Positions 22,735-35,240 of a stretch of 45,825 bases of DNA are shown here, piece by piece. Below the pieces are notes generated by a model, which worked only from the letters and a program-made list of their open reading frames with translations, was not told where the DNA came from and ran no database searches. The stretch's first letter is position 1. Each line of letters begins with the position of its first letter. Origin of the DNA: Escherichia coli (GTDB lineage Bacteria > Pseudomonadota > Gammaproteobacteria > Enterobacterales > Enterobacteriaceae); NCBI RefSeq assembly GCF_003334765.1, contig NZ_QOWT01000032.1; one strand, given 5' to 3'. Position numbers and translations under genes: made by a program.

Positions 22735-23451
22735 TTACGCATTACGTTGCAACAACATCGACTTGATATGGCCGATGGCGCGCGTCGGGTTCAGCCCCTT
22801 CGGACATACACTGACGCAGTTCATGATGCTGTGACAGCGGAATACGCTGAATGCATCACTCAAACCGTCGAGGCGGCTGTCAGTCTCGGTATCACGGCTA
22901 TCAATCAGGAAACGATATGCCGCTAACAAGCCTGCCGGGCCGATAAACTTATCGGGATTCCACCAGAAAGACGGACAAGAGGTTGAACAACATGCGCAGA
23001 GAATACATTCATACAGCCCGTCGAGTTTTTCGCGCTGCTCTGGCATCTGTAAATGCTCGCGAGCTGGCGGATTTTGTCCATTATTCAACAGGTAAGGCTT
23101 AATTTTCTCATATTGCGCATAGAATTGTCCCATGTCTACCACCAAATCGCGGATCACCGGTAAACCTGGCAGCGGGCGAATCACAATCTTCTTGCCCGGC
23201 TGGTTGAGTGCCGAAATCGGGGTAATACAGGCCAGACCATTCTTGCCGTTCATGTTCAGACCGTCGGAACCGCACACACCTTCACGGCAGGAGCGGCGGA
23301 ACGACAGGCTGGGATCTTTCTCTTTTAGCTGGATAAGCGCATCCAGCAGCATCATGTCGCGACCTTCATCCGCTTCCAGGGTGTAATCCTGCATACGCGG
23401 AGCATCATCAACATCCGGGTTATAGCGATAAATTGAAAACTCGAGTCTCAT
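22735..23451 (-). CDS. sdhB: Succinate dehydrogenase iron-sulfur subunit
   Basis: 238-aa ORF with 2Fe-2S, 4Fe-4S and 3Fe-4S cysteine motifs. Confidence 0.97.
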   Translation of the reverse strand: MRLEFSIYRYNPDVDDAPRMQDYTLEADEGRDMMLLDALIQLKEKDPSLSFRRSCREGVCGSDGLNMNGKNGLACITPISALNQPGKKIVIRPLPGLPVIRDLVVDMGQFYAQYEKIKPYLLNNGQNPPAREHLQMPEQREKLDGLYECILCACCSTSCPSFWWNPDKFIGPAGLLAAYRFLIDSRDTETDSRLDGLSDAFSVFRCHSIMNCVSVCPKGLNPTRAIGHIKSMLLQRNA

Positions 23452-23466
23452 TTTCCTGTCTCCGCA

Positions 23467-25233
23467 TTAGTAAGTACGAATCTTCGGCGGGAATGCCGGG
23501 CGCAGTTTCGGTTCCATGTTGACGCTTCGGCGCGTCATGGATTCCGACTCTGGCAGATACAGGGAGTGGCACAGCCAGTTTTCATCATCACGATCCGGGA
23601 AGTCGAAGCGGCTATGCGCGCCACGGCTTTCGGTACGGAAGTTGGCAGAAACAGCCGTTGCATACGCCGTTTCCATCAGGTTATCCAGTTCCAGGCACTC
23701 AACGCGCTGGGTGTTGAACTCGCTGGAAGTGTCATCCAGACGGGCATTTTTCAGACGCTCGCGGATCACTTTCAACTGCTCAAGCCCTTTCGCCATCGCA
23801 TCACCTTCACGGAAGACCGAGAAGTTATGCTGCATACATTCTTGCAGCGCTTTACGGATCGCCACCGGATCTTCACCGTTACGATTATTGTTCCAGCGGT
23901 TCAGGCGATCCAGAGACGCTTCAACATCAGACTCGCTGGCATCGCGCAGTGCGCCCTGCTCGGCGATAGACTCTTGCAGATGCAGACCTGCCGCGCGACC
24001 AAAGACCACCAGGTCCAGCAGCGAGTTGCCGCCCAGACGGTTAGCGCCGTGTACCGATACACAAGCGATTTCACCAACGGCAAACAGTCCCGGAACAACC
24101 ACATCTTCGCCTTTCTCATTCACAGTCAGCGCCTGACCGGTAACTTTGGTCGGAATACCGCCCATCATGTAGTGACAGGTTGGGATAACCGGAATCGGCT
24201 CTTTCACCGGATCGACGTGAGCGAAGGTACGGGAAAGCTCCAAGATACCCGGCAGACGGGATTCGAGAACTTCTTTACCCAGGTGATCGAGTTTCAGTTT
24301 CGCGTGTGGCCCCCACGGACCATCACAGCCGCGACCTTCACGGATTTCGATCATGATGGAACGCGCAACCACGTCACGGCCCGCCAGGTCTTTGGCGTTC
24401 GGCGCATAACGCTCCATAAAACGTTCGCCATGTTTGTTCAGCAGATAACCGCCTTCACCACGGCAACCTTCGGTGACCAGTACGCCCGCACCGGCAATGC
24501 CGGTCGGGTGGAACTGCCACATTTCCATATCCTGCACCGGTACGCCGGCACGGATAGCCATGCCGACACCGTCGCCGGTGTTAATGTGGGCGTTGGTGGT
24601 GGACTGATAAATACGCCCTGCTCCGCCAGTCGCCAGCACGGTAGCGCGGGCTTTGAAATAAACCACTTCACCGGTTTCGATGCACAGTGCGGTACAACCC
24701 ACCACCGCGCCATCCTGGTTTTTCACCAGATCCAGCGCATACCACTCGGAGAAAATGGTGGTGTGGTTTTTCAGGTTCTGCTGATAAAGCGTGTGCAACA
24801 GTGCGTGACCGGTACGGTCAGCTGCTGCCGCAGTGCGTGCCGCCTGCTCGCCGCCGAAGTTTTTCGACTGACCGCCAAACGGACGTTGATAGATACGACC
24901 ATCATCGAGACGCGAGAACGGCAGGCCCATGTGTTCGAGTTCCAGAATCGCTTCCGGCCCGGTTTTACACATATATTCAATCGCGTCCTGGTCACCGATA
25001 TAGTCCGACCCTTTCACGGTGTCGTACATATGCCATTCCCAGTTATCTTCATGGGTATTACCCAGCGCAACGGTAATGCCGCCTTGCGCAGAAACGGTAT
25101 GGGAACGGGTCGGGAAGACTTTAGAGAGCAGCGCACAGGTCTGGCCGCTCTGGGAAATTTGCAGCGCCGCGCGCATACCTGCGCCACCGGCACCAATCAC
25201 AACTGCATCAAATTCTCTGACTGGCAATTTCAT
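23467..25233 (-). CDS. sdhA: Succinate dehydrogenase flavoprotein subunit
   Basis: 588 aa from [19 protein letters not shown] (FAD-binding GxGxxG); start trimmed from the ORF. Confidence 0.97.
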   Translation of the reverse strand: MKLPVREFDAVVIGAGGAGMRAALQISQSGQTCALLSKVFPTRSHTVSAQGGITVALGNTHEDNWEWHMYDTVKGSDYIGDQDAIEYMCKTGPEAILELEHMGLPFSRLDDGRIYQRPFGGQSKNFGGEQAARTAAAADRTGHALLHTLYQQNLKNHTTIFSEWYALDLVKNQDGAVVGCTALCIETGEVVYFKARATVLATGGAGRIYQSTTNAHINTGDGVGMAIRAGVPVQDMEMWQFHPTGIAGAGVLVTEGCRGEGGYLLNKHGERFMERYAPNAKDLAGRDVVARSIMIEIREGRGCDGPWGPHAKLKLDHLGKEVLESRLPGILELSRTFAHVDPVKEPIPVIPTCHYMMGGIPTKVTGQALTVNEKGEDVVVPGLFAVGEIACVSVHGANRLGGNSLLDLVVFGRAAGLHLQESIAEQGALRDASESDVEASLDRLNRWNNNRNGEDPVAIRKALQECMQHNFSVFREGDAMAKGLEQLKVIRERLKNARLDDTSSEFNTQRVECLELDNLMETAYATAVSANFRTESRGAHSRFDFPDRDDENWLCHSLYLPESESMTRRSVNMEPKLRPAFPPKIRTY

Positions 25234-25580
25234 CACACACCCCACACCACAACGAATCCATAAATCACGTAAACCACCAGTGCAACGACAATCACCAGTT
25301 GCAGCATCAGGCGCAAAGCCAGCGGTTTAACGTAGTCGGTCAACACCTGCCACATGCCGATCCAGGCATGGATCAAGATAGAAAACAGCGCCAGCAGGGT
25401 GAACACTTTGGTGAACGCAGAGGCGAAGAAACCGATCCAGACTTCATATGTCAGCTCGCCACTGGTAGCGAAAAAACCGACCATATAAATGATGTAGAGC
25501 GTCAGGACGATAGCGGTAGCGCGAACGAGGATGAAATCATGTACGCCATTGCGTCCTAATGCGGAGGCGTTGCTTACCAT
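25233..25580 (-). CDS. sdhD: Succinate dehydrogenase hydrophobic membrane anchor subunit
   Basis: 115-aa three-TM ORF. Confidence 0.95.
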
Positions 25581-25963
25581 ACGAGGACTCCTGCGAGAAG
25601 TGAAAGCACGACAGTAATAACAAAGGAGATTTTGGCGGAGCGTTTACCCGCTTCGAATGTTTCTTCCAGATAGCCAAAATCCATCATCATGTGGCGAATA
25701 CCTACGACGACGTGATACGCCAGAGCGGTAAGGATGCCCCACATGATAAATTTGACGAAGAAGCTGCCCATAATCGCGGAAGCTTGCTCGAAACCTTCAG
25801 GGGAAGAGAGGCTGGTACCCAGAAGCCACAGCAGGATGCCCACTGCAACAAAGGTGATCACACCGGAAACGCGATGGAGAATGGACGCTATCGCCGTGAT
25901 GGGGAACCGGATGGTCTGTAGGTCCAGATTAACAGGTCTTTGTTTTTTCACATTTCTTATCAT
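25574..25963 (-). CDS. sdhC: Succinate dehydrogenase cytochrome b556 subunit
   Basis: 129 aa from [21 protein letters not shown]; start trimmed from the ORF. Confidence 0.95.
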
Positions 25964-26671
25964 GAATAACGCCCACATGCTGTTCTTATTATTCCCTGGG
26001 GACTACGGGCACAGAGGTTAACTTTCTGTTACCTGGAGACGTCGGGATTTCCTTCCTCCGGTCTGCTTGCGGGTCAGACAGCGTCCTTTCTATAACTGCG
26101 CGTCATGCAAAACACTGCTTCCAGATGCGAAAACGACACGTTACAACGCTGGGTGGCTCGGGATTGCAGGGTGTTCCGGAGACCTGGCGGCAGTATAGGC
26201 TGTTCACAAAATCATTACAATTAACCTACATATAGTTTGTCGGGTTTTATCCTGAACAGTGATCCAGGTCACGATAACAACATTTATTTAATTTTTAATC
26301 ATCTAATTTGACAATCATTCAACAAAGTTGTTACAAACATTACTAGGAAAAGCATATAATGCGTAAAAGTTATGAAGTCGGTATTTCACCTAAGATTAAC
26401 TTATGTAACAGTGTGGAAGTATTGACCAATTCATTCGGGACAGTTATTAGTGGTAGACAAGTTTAATAATTCGGATTGCTAAGTACTTGATTCGCCATTT
26501 ATTCGTCATCAATGGATCCTTTACCTGCAAGCGCCCAGAGCTCTGTACCCAGGTTTTCCCCTCTTTCACAGAGCGGCGAGCCAAATAAAAAACGGGTAAA
26601 GCCAGGTTGATGTGCGAAGGCAAATTTAAGTTCCGGCAGTCTTACGCAATAAGGCGCTAAGGAGACCTTAA
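25964..26671. promoter_or_regulatory. gltA-sdhC divergent promoter/regulatory region
   Basis: 708-bp AT-rich non-coding region between divergent gltA and sdhC; individual operator sites not resolved by eye. Confidence 0.75.
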
Positions 26672-27955
26672 ATGGCTGATACAAAAGCAAAACTCACCCT
26701 CAACGGGGATACAGCTGTTGAACTGGATGTGCTGAAAGGCACGCTGGGTCAAGATGTTATTGATATCCGTACTCTCGGTTCAAAAGGTGTGTTCACCTTT
26801 GACCCAGGCTTCACTTCAACCGCATCCTGCGAATCTAAAATTACTTTTATTGATGGTGATGAAGGTATTTTGCTGCACCGCGGTTTCCCGATCGATCAGC
26901 TGGCGACCGATTCTAACTACCTGGAAGTTTGTTACATCCTGCTGAATGGTGAAAAACCGACTCAGGAACAGTATGACGAATTTAAAACTACGGTGACCCG
27001 TCATACCATGATCCACGAGCAGATTACCCGTCTGTTCCATGCTTTCCGTCGCGACTCGCATCCAATGGCAGTCATGTGTGGTATTACCGGCGCGCTGGCG
27101 GCGTTCTATCACGACTCGCTGGATGTTAACAATCCTCGTCACCGTGAAATTGCCGCGTTCCGCCTGCTGTCGAAAATGCCGACCATGGCCGCGATGTGTT
27201 ACAAGTATTCCATTGGTCAGCCATTTGTTTACCCGCGCAACGATCTCTCCTACGCCGGTAACTTCCTGAATATGATGTTCTCCACGCCGTGCGAACCGTA
27301 TGAAGTTAATCCGATTCTGGAACGTGCTATGGACCGTATTCTGATCCTGCACGCTGACCATGAACAGAACGCCTCTACCTCCACCGTGCGTACCGCTGGC
27401 TCTTCGGGTGCGAACCCGTTTGCCTGTATCGCAGCAGGTATTGCTTCACTGTGGGGACCTGCGCACGGCGGTGCTAACGAAGCGGCGCTGAAAATGCTGG
27501 AAGAAATCAGCTCCGTTAAACACATTCCGGAATTTGTTCGTCGTGCGAAAGACAAAAATGATTCTTTCCGCCTGATGGGCTTCGGTCACCGCGTGTACAA
27601 AAATTACGACCCGCGCGCCACCGTAATGCGTGAAACCTGCCATGAAGTGCTGAAAGAGCTGGGCACGAAGGATGACCTGCTGGAAGTGGCTATGGAGCTG
27701 GAAAACATCGCGCTGAACGACCCGTACTTTATCGAGAAGAAACTGTACCCGAACGTCGATTTCTACTCTGGTATCATCCTGAAAGCGATGGGTATTCCGT
27801 CTTCCATGTTCACCGTCATTTTCGCAATGGCACGTACCGTTGGCTGGATCGCCCACTGGAGCGAAATGCACAGTGACGGTATGAAGATTGCCCGTCCGCG
27901 TCAGCTGTATACAGGATATGAAAAACGCGACTTTAAAAGCGATATCAAGCGTTAA
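26672..27955 (+). CDS. gltA: Citrate synthase (type II)
   Basis: 427-aa [39 protein letters not shown]... Confidence 0.97.
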   Translation: MADTKAKLTLNGDTAVELDVLKGTLGQDVIDIRTLGSKGVFTFDPGFTSTASCESKITFIDGDEGILLHRGFPIDQLATDSNYLEVCYILLNGEKPTQEQYDEFKTTVTRHTMIHEQITRLFHAFRRDSHPMAVMCGITGALAAFYHDSLDVNNPRHREIAAFRLLSKMPTMAAMCYKYSIGQPFVYPRNDLSYAGNFLNMMFSTPCEPYEVNPILERAMDRILILHADHEQNASTSTVRTAGSSGANPFACIAAGIASLWGPAHGGANEAALKMLEEISSVKHIPEFVRRAKDKNDSFRLMGFGHRVYKNYDPRATVMRETCHEVLKELGTKDDLLEVAMELENIALNDPYFIEKKLYPNVDFYSGIILKAMGIPSSMFTVIFAMARTVGWIAHWSEMHSDGMKIARPRQLYTGYEKRDFKSDIKR

Positions 27956-27983
27956 TGGTTGATTGCTAAGTTGTAAATATTTT

Positions 27984-28016
27984 AACCCGCCGTTCATATG
28001 GCGGGTTGATTTTTAT
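27984..28016 (+). terminator. Rho-independent terminator of gltA
   Basis: Hairpin acccgcc-gttcatat-ggcgggt followed by tgattttta. Confidence 0.75.
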
Positions 28017-28344
28017 ATGCCTAAACACAAAAAATTGTAAAAATAAAATCCATTAACAGACCTATATAGATATTTAAAAAGAATAGAACAGCTCAAATTA
28101 TCAGCAACCCAATACTTTCAATTAAAAACTTCATGGTAGTCGCATTTATAACCCTATGAAAATGACGTCTATCTATACCCCCCTATATTTTATTCATCAT
28201 ACAACAAATTCATGATACCAATACTTTAGTTTTGCATTTAATAAAACTAACAATATTTTTAAGCAAAACTAAAAACTAGCAATAATCAAATACGATATTC
28301 TGGCGTAGCTATACCCCTATTCTATATCCTTAAAGGACTCTGTT

Positions 28345-28911
28345 ATGTTTAAAGGACAAAAAACATTGGCCGCACTGGCCGTATCTCTGCTGTTCACTGC
28401 ACCTGTTTATGCTGCTGATGAAGGTTCTGGCGAAATTCACTTTAAGGGGGAGGTTATTGAAGCACCTTGTGAAATTCATCCAGAAGATATTGATAAAAAC
28501 ATAGATCTTGGACAAGTCACGACAACCCATATAAACCGGGAGCATCATAGCAATAAAGTGGCCGTCGACATTCGCTTGATCAACTGTGATCTGCCTGCTT
28601 CTGACAACGGTAGCGGAATGCCGGTATCCAAAGTTGGCGTAACCTTCGATAGCACGGCTAAGACAACTGGTGCTACGCCTTTGTTGAGCAACACCAGTGC
28701 AGGCGAAGCAACTGGGGTCGGTGTACGACTGATGGACAAAAATGACGGTAACATCGTATTAGGTTCAGCCGCGCCAGATCTTGACCTGGATGCAAGCTCA
28801 TCAGAACAGACGCTGAACTTTTTCGCCTGGATGGAACAAATTGATAATGCAGTCGATGTCACGGCAGGTGAAGTAACCGCTAACGCAACCTACGTGCTGG
28901 ATTATAAATAA
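28345..28911 (+). CDS. ybgD: Fimbrial major subunit-like protein (chaperone-usher pilin)
   Basis: 188-aa ORF with signal peptide MFKGQKTLAALAVSLLFTAPVYA and pilin-like C-terminus; preceded by about 330 bp of very AT-rich DNA. Confidence 0.88.
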   Translation: MFKGQKTLAALAVSLLFTAPVYAADEGSGEIHFKGEVIEAPCEIHPEDIDKNIDLGQVTTTHINREHHSNKVAVDIRLINCDLPASDNGSGMPVSKVGVTFDSTAKTTGATPLLSNTSAGEATGVGVRLMDKNDGNIVLGSAAPDLDLDASSSEQTLNFFAWMEQIDNAVDVTAGEVTANATYVLDYK

Positions 28912-28961
28912 GTATTATTTTGGCGGCATCATCGCCGCCTTTCATAAAATATTTATCAGGT

Positions 28962-31418
28962 ATGGACACCGTGAATATTTATCGACTCTCTTTTGTATCC
29001 TGCCTGGTCATGGCGATGCCTTGCGCAATGGCGGTCGAATTCAATCTGAATGTTCTCGATAAATCAATGCGCGACCGCATTGATATTTCATTATTAAAGG
29101 AAAAAGGAGTCATTGCTCCCGGTGAATATTTTGTTAGCGTTGCGGTGAATAACAACAAAATCAGTAATGGGCAAAAAATTAACTGGCAAAAAAAGGGTGA
29201 CAAAACCATTCCATGCATCAATGATTCACTGGTCGATAAATTTGGTTTAAAACCAGATATCCGTCAGTCCTTGCCACAGATAGATCGGTGTATTGATTTC
29301 AGTTCCCGACCTGAAATGCTCTTCAATTTCGATCAAGCCAATCAGCAACTGAATATTAGTATTCCGCAAGCCTGGCTGGCGTGGCACTCAGAAAACTGGG
29401 CTCCCCCCTCTACATGGAAAGAAGGTGTTGCCGGTGTCCTGATGGATTACAACTTGTTTGCCAGCAGCTACCGCCCACAGGACGGCAGCAGCAGCACTAA
29501 CCTGAATGCCTACGGTACCGCCGGAATTAACGCCGGGGCATGGCGCTTACGCAGTGATTACCAGCTTAATAAGACCGATAGCGAAGATAACCATGACCAG
29601 TCAGGCGGAATATCGCGCACCTATCTTTTTCGTCCATTACCGCAATTAGGCTCTAAGTTAACCCTCGGCGAAACCGATTTCAGTTCCAATATTTTCGATG
29701 GTTTTTCTTATACCGGCGCGGCACTGGCGAGTGACGATCGAATGTTACCGTGGGAGCTGCGTGGCTACGCCCCACAAATTAGCGGTATTGCACAGACCAA
29801 TGCCACGGTGACGATCAGTCAATCAGGCCGCGTCATTTACCAGAAAAAAGTCCCGCCAGGCCCGTTTATTATTGATGACCTCAATCAGTCTGTTCAGGGC
29901 ACGCTGGATGTCAAAGTGACGGAAGAAGATGGTCGGGTGAACAATTTCCAGGTTTCGGCAGCATCGACGCCCTTCCTGACTCGCCAGGGACAGGTTCGCT
30001 ATAAATTGGCCGCGGGTCAGCCACGGCCTTCCATGTCACATCAAACTGAAAATGAAACCTTTTTTAGCAATGAAGTTTCCTGGGGGATGCTCTCAAACAC
30101 CTCGCTGTACGGCGGCCTGCTGATTTCTGATGATGACTACCATTCTGCCGCAATGGGTATCGGGCAAAATATGCTGTGGCTTGGCGCACTGTCCTTTGAT
30201 GTCACCTGGGCCAGTAGCCATTTTGATACTCAGCAGGACGAGCGGGGCTTAAGCTACCGTTTTAATTACAGCAAACAAGTGGATGCCACCAACAGCACGA
30301 TTTCGCTCGCCGCTTATCGCTTCTCAGATCGTCATTTTCACAGCTACGCCAACTATCTGGATCACAAATACAACGACAGCGATGCGCAGGACGAAAAACA
30401 GACGATCAGCTTATCCGTGGGCCAACCGATTACCCCACTAAACCTCAATCTTTACGCCAACCTGCTACATCAAACCTGGTGGAATGCAGACGCCTCCACG
30501 ACCGCCAACATCACAGCAGGTTTTAATGTTGATATTGGTGACTGGAGAGATATCTCGATTTCGACGTCATTCAATACGACCCACTACGAAGATAAAGATC
30601 GCGACAACCAGATTTATCTGTCGATTTCGCTCCCCTTCGGTAACGGTGGTCGGGTTGGCTATGACATGCAAAACAGTAGCCACAGCACCATACACCGCAT
30701 GTCGTGGAACGATACGCTGGATGAACGTAATAGCTGGGGCATGTCTGCCGGACTGCAATCCGATCGTCCGGACAATGGAGCCCAGGTGAGCGGTAACTAT
30801 CAGCACCTGAGTTCAGCGGGTGAGTGGGATATTTCTGGTACCTATGCCGCCAGTGATTACAGTTCCGTCAGCAGCAGCTGGAGCGGTTCTTTCACCGCAA
30901 CCCAATATGGTGCAGCATTTCATCGCCGCAGCTCCACCAATGAACCACGCCTGATGGTCAGCACCGATGGCGTGGCAGATATTCCGGTTCAGGGCAATCT
31001 CGACTACACCAACCATTTTGGCATTGCGGTGGTGCCGTTGATTTCCAGTTACCAGCCTTCCACCGTGGCGGTGAACATGAATGACTTACCCGACGGCGTA
31101 ACAGTTGCAGAAAACGTCATCAAGGAAACATGGATTGAAGGCGCGATAGGTTACAAATCACTGGCTTCCCGTTCCGGTAAAGACGTTAACGTCATCATAC
31201 GCAACGCCAGCGGTCAGTTCCCTCCCCTCGGTGCGGATATCCGCCAGGATGACAGCGGCATTAGCGTGGGTATGGTTGGCGAGGAAGGACATGCCTGGTT
31301 AAGCGGTGTCGCTGAAAATCAACTGTTTACCGTGGTCTGGGGTGAGCAAAGCTGCATTATTCATCTGCCAGAACGTCTGGAAGACACGACCAAACGCCTG
31401 ATTTTACCTTGTCATTAA
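28962..31418 (+). CDS. ybgQ: Fimbrial outer-membrane usher (start uncertain: ATG 28962 or GTG 28971)
   Basis: About 815-aa ORF, PapC/FimD-like, signal peptide ...NIYRLSFVSCLVMAMPCAMA. Confidence 0.9.
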   Translation: MDTVNIYRLSFVSCLVMAMPCAMAVEFNLNVLDKSMRDRIDISLLKEKGVIAPGEYFVSVAVNNNKISNGQKINWQKKGDKTIPCINDSLVDKFGLKPDIRQSLPQIDRCIDFSSRPEMLFNFDQANQQLNISIPQAWLAWHSENWAPPSTWKEGVAGVLMDYNLFASSYRPQDGSSSTNLNAYGTAGINAGAWRLRSDYQLNKTDSEDNHDQSGGISRTYLFRPLPQLGSKLTLGETDFSSNIFDGFSYTGAALASDDRMLPWELRGYAPQISGIAQTNATVTISQSGRVIYQKKVPPGPFIIDDLNQSVQGTLDVKVTEEDGRVNNFQVSAASTPFLTRQGQVRYKLAAGQPRPSMSHQTENETFFSNEVSWGMLSNTSLYGGLLISDDDYHSAAMGIGQNMLWLGALSFDVTWASSHFDTQQDERGLSYRFNYSKQVDATNSTISLAAYRFSDRHFHSYANYLDHKYNDSDAQDEKQTISLSVGQPITPLNLNLYANLLHQTWWNADASTTANITAGFNVDIGDWRDISISTSFNTTHYEDKDRDNQIYLSISLPFGNGGRVGYDMQNSSHSTIHRMSWNDTLDERNSWGMSAGLQSDRPDNGAQVSGNYQHLSSAGEWDISGTYAASDYSSVSSSWSGSFTATQYGAAFHRRSSTNEPRLMVSTDGVADIPVQGNLDYTNHFGIAVVPLISSYQPSTVAVNMNDLPDGVTVAENVIKETWIEGAIGYKSLASRSGKDVNVIIRNASGQFPPLGADIRQDDSGISVGMVGEEGHAWLSGVAENQLFTVVWGEQSCIIHLPERLEDTTKRLILPCH

Positions 31419-31432
31419 TTAAGGAAAAGAGA

Positions 31433-32161
31433 ATGACATTTATTAAAGGATTACCCTTAATGTTGTTAACCATCAGCTTGGGTTGCAATGCTGCGGTGCA
31501 ACCCGATCGCACACGCATTGTGTTTAACGCCAATGACAAAGCCACCAGCCTGCGTATCGAAAACCAAAGTGACAAACTGCCTTATCTTGCTTATTCCTGG
31601 ATAGAAAATGAAAAAGGGGAGAAAAGCGATGCTCTTCTGGTCGCTTTGCCCCCTATTCAACGTCTGGAACCGAAAGCGACATCGCAGGTGCGGGTTGTGA
31701 AACAAGCCTCAACCACACAATTACCTGGCGATCGCGAAACGCTATTTTTCTACAATATGCGCGAAATTCCTCCCGCTCCGGATAAAAGCAGCGACCATGC
31801 GATACTTCAGGTCGCTATTCAAAGTCGTATTAAATTGTTCTGGCGACCGGCTGCATTACGCAAGAAAGCAGGAGAAAAGGTCGAACTGCAGTTACAGGTC
31901 AGCCAGCAGGGCAACCAACTGACACTGAAAAATCCTACCGCGTATTATCTGACCATTGCCTATCTGGGGAGAAATGAAAAAGGCGTTCTCCCAGGCTTCA
32001 AAACCGTGATGGTTGCACCTTTTAGTACGGTCAACACAAACACCGGAAGTTATAGCGGCAGCCAGTTTTATCTCGGTTACATGGATGATTACGGCGCATT
32101 ACGCATGACGACGCTCAACTGCAGCGGACAATGCCGTTTACAAGCAGTGGAGGCGAAATGA
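31433..32161 (+). CDS. ybgP: Fimbrial periplasmic chaperone (PapD-like)
   Basis: 242 aa from [20 protein letters not shown]; start trimmed from the ORF. Confidence 0.9.
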   Translation: MTFIKGLPLMLLTISLGCNAAVQPDRTRIVFNANDKATSLRIENQSDKLPYLAYSWIENEKGEKSDALLVALPPIQRLEPKATSQVRVVKQASTTQLPGDRETLFFYNMREIPPAPDKSSDHAILQVAIQSRIKLFWRPAALRKKAGEKVELQLQVSQQGNQLTLKNPTAYYLTIAYLGRNEKGVLPGFKTVMVAPFSTVNTNTGSYSGSQFYLGYMDDYGALRMTTLNCSGQCRLQAVEAK

Positions 32162-33219
32162 GTGCTGGCAAGGGATTGTTGCTCGTCATCTGCCTGTTAT
32201 TTCTGCCGTTGAAGTCTGCAATGGCGCTGAACTGCTATTTTGGTACATCTGGTGGCGCAGTAGAAAAATCAGAAGCGATTCAACCGTTTGCTGTACCAGG
32301 CAATGCCAAACCCGGTGATAAGATCTGGGAATCTGACGATATTAAAATTCCCGTCTATTGTGACAACAATACCAACGGCAACTTTGAAAGCGAGCATGTC
32401 TACGCCTGGGTAAACCCCTATCCGGGGGTGCAGGATCGTTATTATCAACTCGGCGTGACATACAACGGTGTCGATTACGATGCCAGTCTGGGAAAAAGTC
32501 GCATCGACACTAACCAGTGTATCGACAGTAAGAACATTGATATTTATACCCCTGAGCAGATCATCGCGATGGGATGGCAGAACAAAATTTGCTCGGGCGA
32601 TCCCGCTAATATTCATATGTCGCGTACCTTTCTCGCTCGCATGCGGTTATACGTCAAAATACGAGAAATGCCGCCGCATGATTATCAAAGTACGCTTAGC
32701 GACTATATCGTCGTGCAATTTGACGGTGCCGGTAGCGTTAACGAAGACCCTACTGCCCAAAACCTGAAATATCATATTACTGGTCTGGAAAACATTCGCG
32801 TGCTGGATTGCAGCGTCAATTTTTCCATTTCACCGGAAACACAGGTGATTGATTTTGGTAAATTTAATTTGCTGGATATACGTCGCCACACAATGTCGAA
32901 AACGTTCAGTATTAAAACGACCAAGAGCCAAAACGATCAATGCACCGACGGATTTAAAGTCAGTTCCTCCTTTTATACCGAAGAAACGTTGGTTGAAGAA
33001 GATAAAGCATTGTTGATTGGTAATGGTCTGAAGCTACGTTTACTGGATGAAAACGCCTCGCCTTATACCTTCAATAAATATGCTGAATACGCCGATTTCA
33101 CCAGTGACATGTTGGTCTACGAAAAAACCTATACGGCTGAACTTTCGTCCATTCCAGGCACCCCCATCGAGGCTGGCCCCTTCGATACAGTGGTGCTTTT
33201 TAAGATTAACTATAACTGA
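32158..33219 (+). CDS. ybgO: Fimbrial-like protein, probable tip adhesin or minor subunit
   Basis: 353 aa from [23 protein letters not shown]; last gene of the operon. Confidence 0.85.
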   Translation: MSAGKGLLLVICLLFLPLKSAMALNCYFGTSGGAVEKSEAIQPFAVPGNAKPGDKIWESDDIKIPVYCDNNTNGNFESEHVYAWVNPYPGVQDRYYQLGVTYNGVDYDASLGKSRIDTNQCIDSKNIDIYTPEQIIAMGWQNKICSGDPANIHMSRTFLARMRLYVKIREMPPHDYQSTLSDYIVVQFDGAGSVNEDPTAQNLKYHITGLENIRVLDCSVNFSISPETQVIDFGKFNLLDIRRHTMSKTFSIKTTKSQNDQCTDGFKVSSSFYTEETLVEEDKALLIGNGLKLRLLDENASPYTFNKYAEYADFTSDMLVYEKTYTAELSSIPGTPIEAGPFDTVVLFKINYN

Positions 33220-33227
33220 TTTACCAT

Positions 33228-33263
33228 GATGCCCTTTGCCGCCGGAAAGGGCATCTCTTTCAG
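33228..33263 (+). terminator. Rho-independent terminator of the ybgDQPO operon
   Basis: Hairpin gatgcccttt-gccgccgg-aaagggcatc followed by tctttc. Confidence 0.65.
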
Positions 33264-33370
33264 AAAATTGCTGATTTTCCCCTTTTCCTTGATTGCTGTT
33301 ATTTTTTCCTGGCCCAGCTTTCTTTATGCTGTATCGATACACCAAAGAGAAAATAATGAGGGAGCGAAGG

Positions 33371-34417
33371 ATGCCAGTTTTGCAGTGGGGAATGTTATGT
33401 GTGCTATCACTTCTCCTTTCTATTGGTTTCCTCGCGGTACATCTCCCGGCGGCGCTATTACTTGGGCCGATGATCGCCGGGATCATCTTTAGTATGCGCG
33501 GAATTACTCTGCAACTTCCCCGCTCTGCTTTTCTCGCCGCCCAGGCCATTCTTGGCTGCATGATTGCGCAAAACCTCACTGGTTCGATTCTCACCACCCT
33601 GGCCGTCAACTGGCCGATCGTGCTTGCAATTTTACTGGTAACGCTGCTTTCCAGCGCCATTGTGGGTTGGTTATTGGTGCGCTATAGCTCATTGCCTGGA
33701 AATACCGGTGCCTGGGGCTCCTCTCCTGGCGGCGCGGCGGCAATGGTCGCTATGGCGCAAGATTACGGCGCAGATATTCGCCTGGTGGCGTTTATGCAAT
33801 ATCTGCGAGTGCTGTTCGTCGCGGGGGCCGCTGTTCTGGTCACCCGCATGATGCTGGGCGATAACGCTGAAGCGGTTAACCAGCATATCGTCTGGTTCCC
33901 GCCAGTGAGCATTAATCTCCTGCTTACTATTTTGCTCGCGGTCGTTGCCGGTACAGTGGGATGCCTGCTGCGTCTTCCTTCCGGCACGATGCTCATCCCG
34001 ATGCTGGCGGGCGCAGTGCTCCAGTCTGGTCAGCTCATCACCATCGAACTACCGGAATGGCTGCTGGCGATGGCGTATATGGCAATTGGCTGGCGGATTG
34101 GTCTTGGTTTCGATAAACAAATCTTACTGCGGGCACTACGCCCGCTACCGCAAATCCTGCTGTCGATTTTTGCTCTGCTGGCTATTTGTGCGGGTATGGC
34201 GTGGGGGCTGACCCGGTTTATGCACATTGATTTTATGACTGCCTACCTCGCCACCAGCCCCGGCGGGCTTGATACCGTGGCGGTCATCGCCGCAGGGAGC
34301 AATGCCGATATGGCGCTCATTATGGCGATGCAAACCCTACGCCTGTTCAGTATTTTGCTGACAGGGCCTGCCATTGCGCGGTTTATTTCAACCTATGCGC
34401 CGAAGCGGTCGGCCTAG
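33371..34417 (+). CDS. abrB: AbrB-family polytopic membrane protein (putative regulator/transporter)
   Basis: About 348-aa hydrophobic ORF; start chosen at [11 protein letters not shown]; 3' end overlaps nei by 4 bp. Confidence 0.85.
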   Translation: MPVLQWGMLCVLSLLLSIGFLAVHLPAALLLGPMIAGIIFSMRGITLQLPRSAFLAAQAILGCMIAQNLTGSILTTLAVNWPIVLAILLVTLLSSAIVGWLLVRYSSLPGNTGAWGSSPGGAAAMVAMAQDYGADIRLVAFMQYLRVLFVAGAAVLVTRMMLGDNAEAVNQHIVWFPPVSINLLLTILLAVVAGTVGCLLRLPSGTMLIPMLAGAVLQSGQLITIELPEWLLAMAYMAIGWRIGLGFDKQILLRALRPLPQILLSIFALLAICAGMAWGLTRFMHIDFMTAYLATSPGGLDTVAVIAAGSNADMALIMAMQTLRLFSILLTGPAIARFISTYAPKRSA

Positions 34418-35205
34418 TGCTGGCAGCCAGGGCACCAGTAAAACGGGCGAGATGACAGCGTGGTTTTCTCAATGATGCTGCCACAACGTTCGCACGGTTC
34501 GCCATCTCGATGAAAAACCTTAAAGCGAAACAGCGCCCCATGATGCTTATTCTCATCCACCTGCCCCCGCGTAGCGTAGGAAAATCGAGGAATCTCCAGT
34601 AACGCGTGTGCGAGTGCATCCAGTTGCGCCGCATTGAGATCTTTCGCTTTATGATTTCCAGTCAACCCAACCTGCCAGAGGATCTCCACCCGCAAATAAT
34701 TGCCAAGCCCAGCCAGAAACGCCTGATCGAGCAGTAATCCAGCAAACTGACAGTTACGAAAGCGCGGCGACAATAATCGTTCTTTCACCACCTCCGGCGT
34801 CAGATTCGGATCCAGCACATCGGGACCAACGCGTTGTAAAAACGGATGCGTGGTCAGTTGTTCCGGGGTCAACATCTCAATATCCGAGGCGCTATAAAGC
34901 AGAATGGTTTTGTCAGCCGTTTGCAGTTTTACCCGCAATACTCGCGTGGTCTGCGGCTCTTCGCCGGTATCAACCACGCGCCAGACGCCGTAAAGCTGAT
35001 TATGGCTGTAGAGCGTTAAGTCGTTGGAAAAATGAGTTAACAACGCCTTACCACGCGTTTCCACATGGGTAACGTGTTGACCGATAAGTTGTGATTGATA
35101 AGGTTTTAACTGCGGGAAGGCAAACCAGACATCAGTTAGTGGTTTGCCTTTGATCGCCGCCTCCAGGTTATCCGCTGCACGGCGGATCTCCGGGCCTTCA
35201 GGCAT
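34414..35205 (-). CDS. nei: Endonuclease VIII (DNA glycosylase/AP lyase)
   Basis: 263-aa ORF beginning MPEGPEIRR (catalytic Pro2/Glu3) with C-terminal zinc finger CERCG...CPGCQ. Confidence 0.96.
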   Translation of the reverse strand: MPEGPEIRRAADNLEAAIKGKPLTDVWFAFPQLKPYQSQLIGQHVTHVETRGKALLTHFSNDLTLYSHNQLYGVWRVVDTGEEPQTTRVLRVKLQTADKTILLYSASDIEMLTPEQLTTHPFLQRVGPDVLDPNLTPEVVKERLLSPRFRNCQFAGLLLDQAFLAGLGNYLRVEILWQVGLTGNHKAKDLNAAQLDALAHALLEIPRFSYATRGQVDENKHHGALFRFKVFHRDGEPCERCGSIIEKTTLSSRPFYWCPGCQH

Positions 35206-35240
35206 GGTGATATCCTTTTTTCATTCTTTATTAATCGGGG

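Noticed and set aside
28021-28344. Possible small protein gene in the gltA-ybgD gap (an 8-codon and a 19-codon ORF)
   Set aside because: I vaguely recall a small protein annotated near here in K-12 but cannot identify it; the ORFs found lack convincing ribosome-binding sites.
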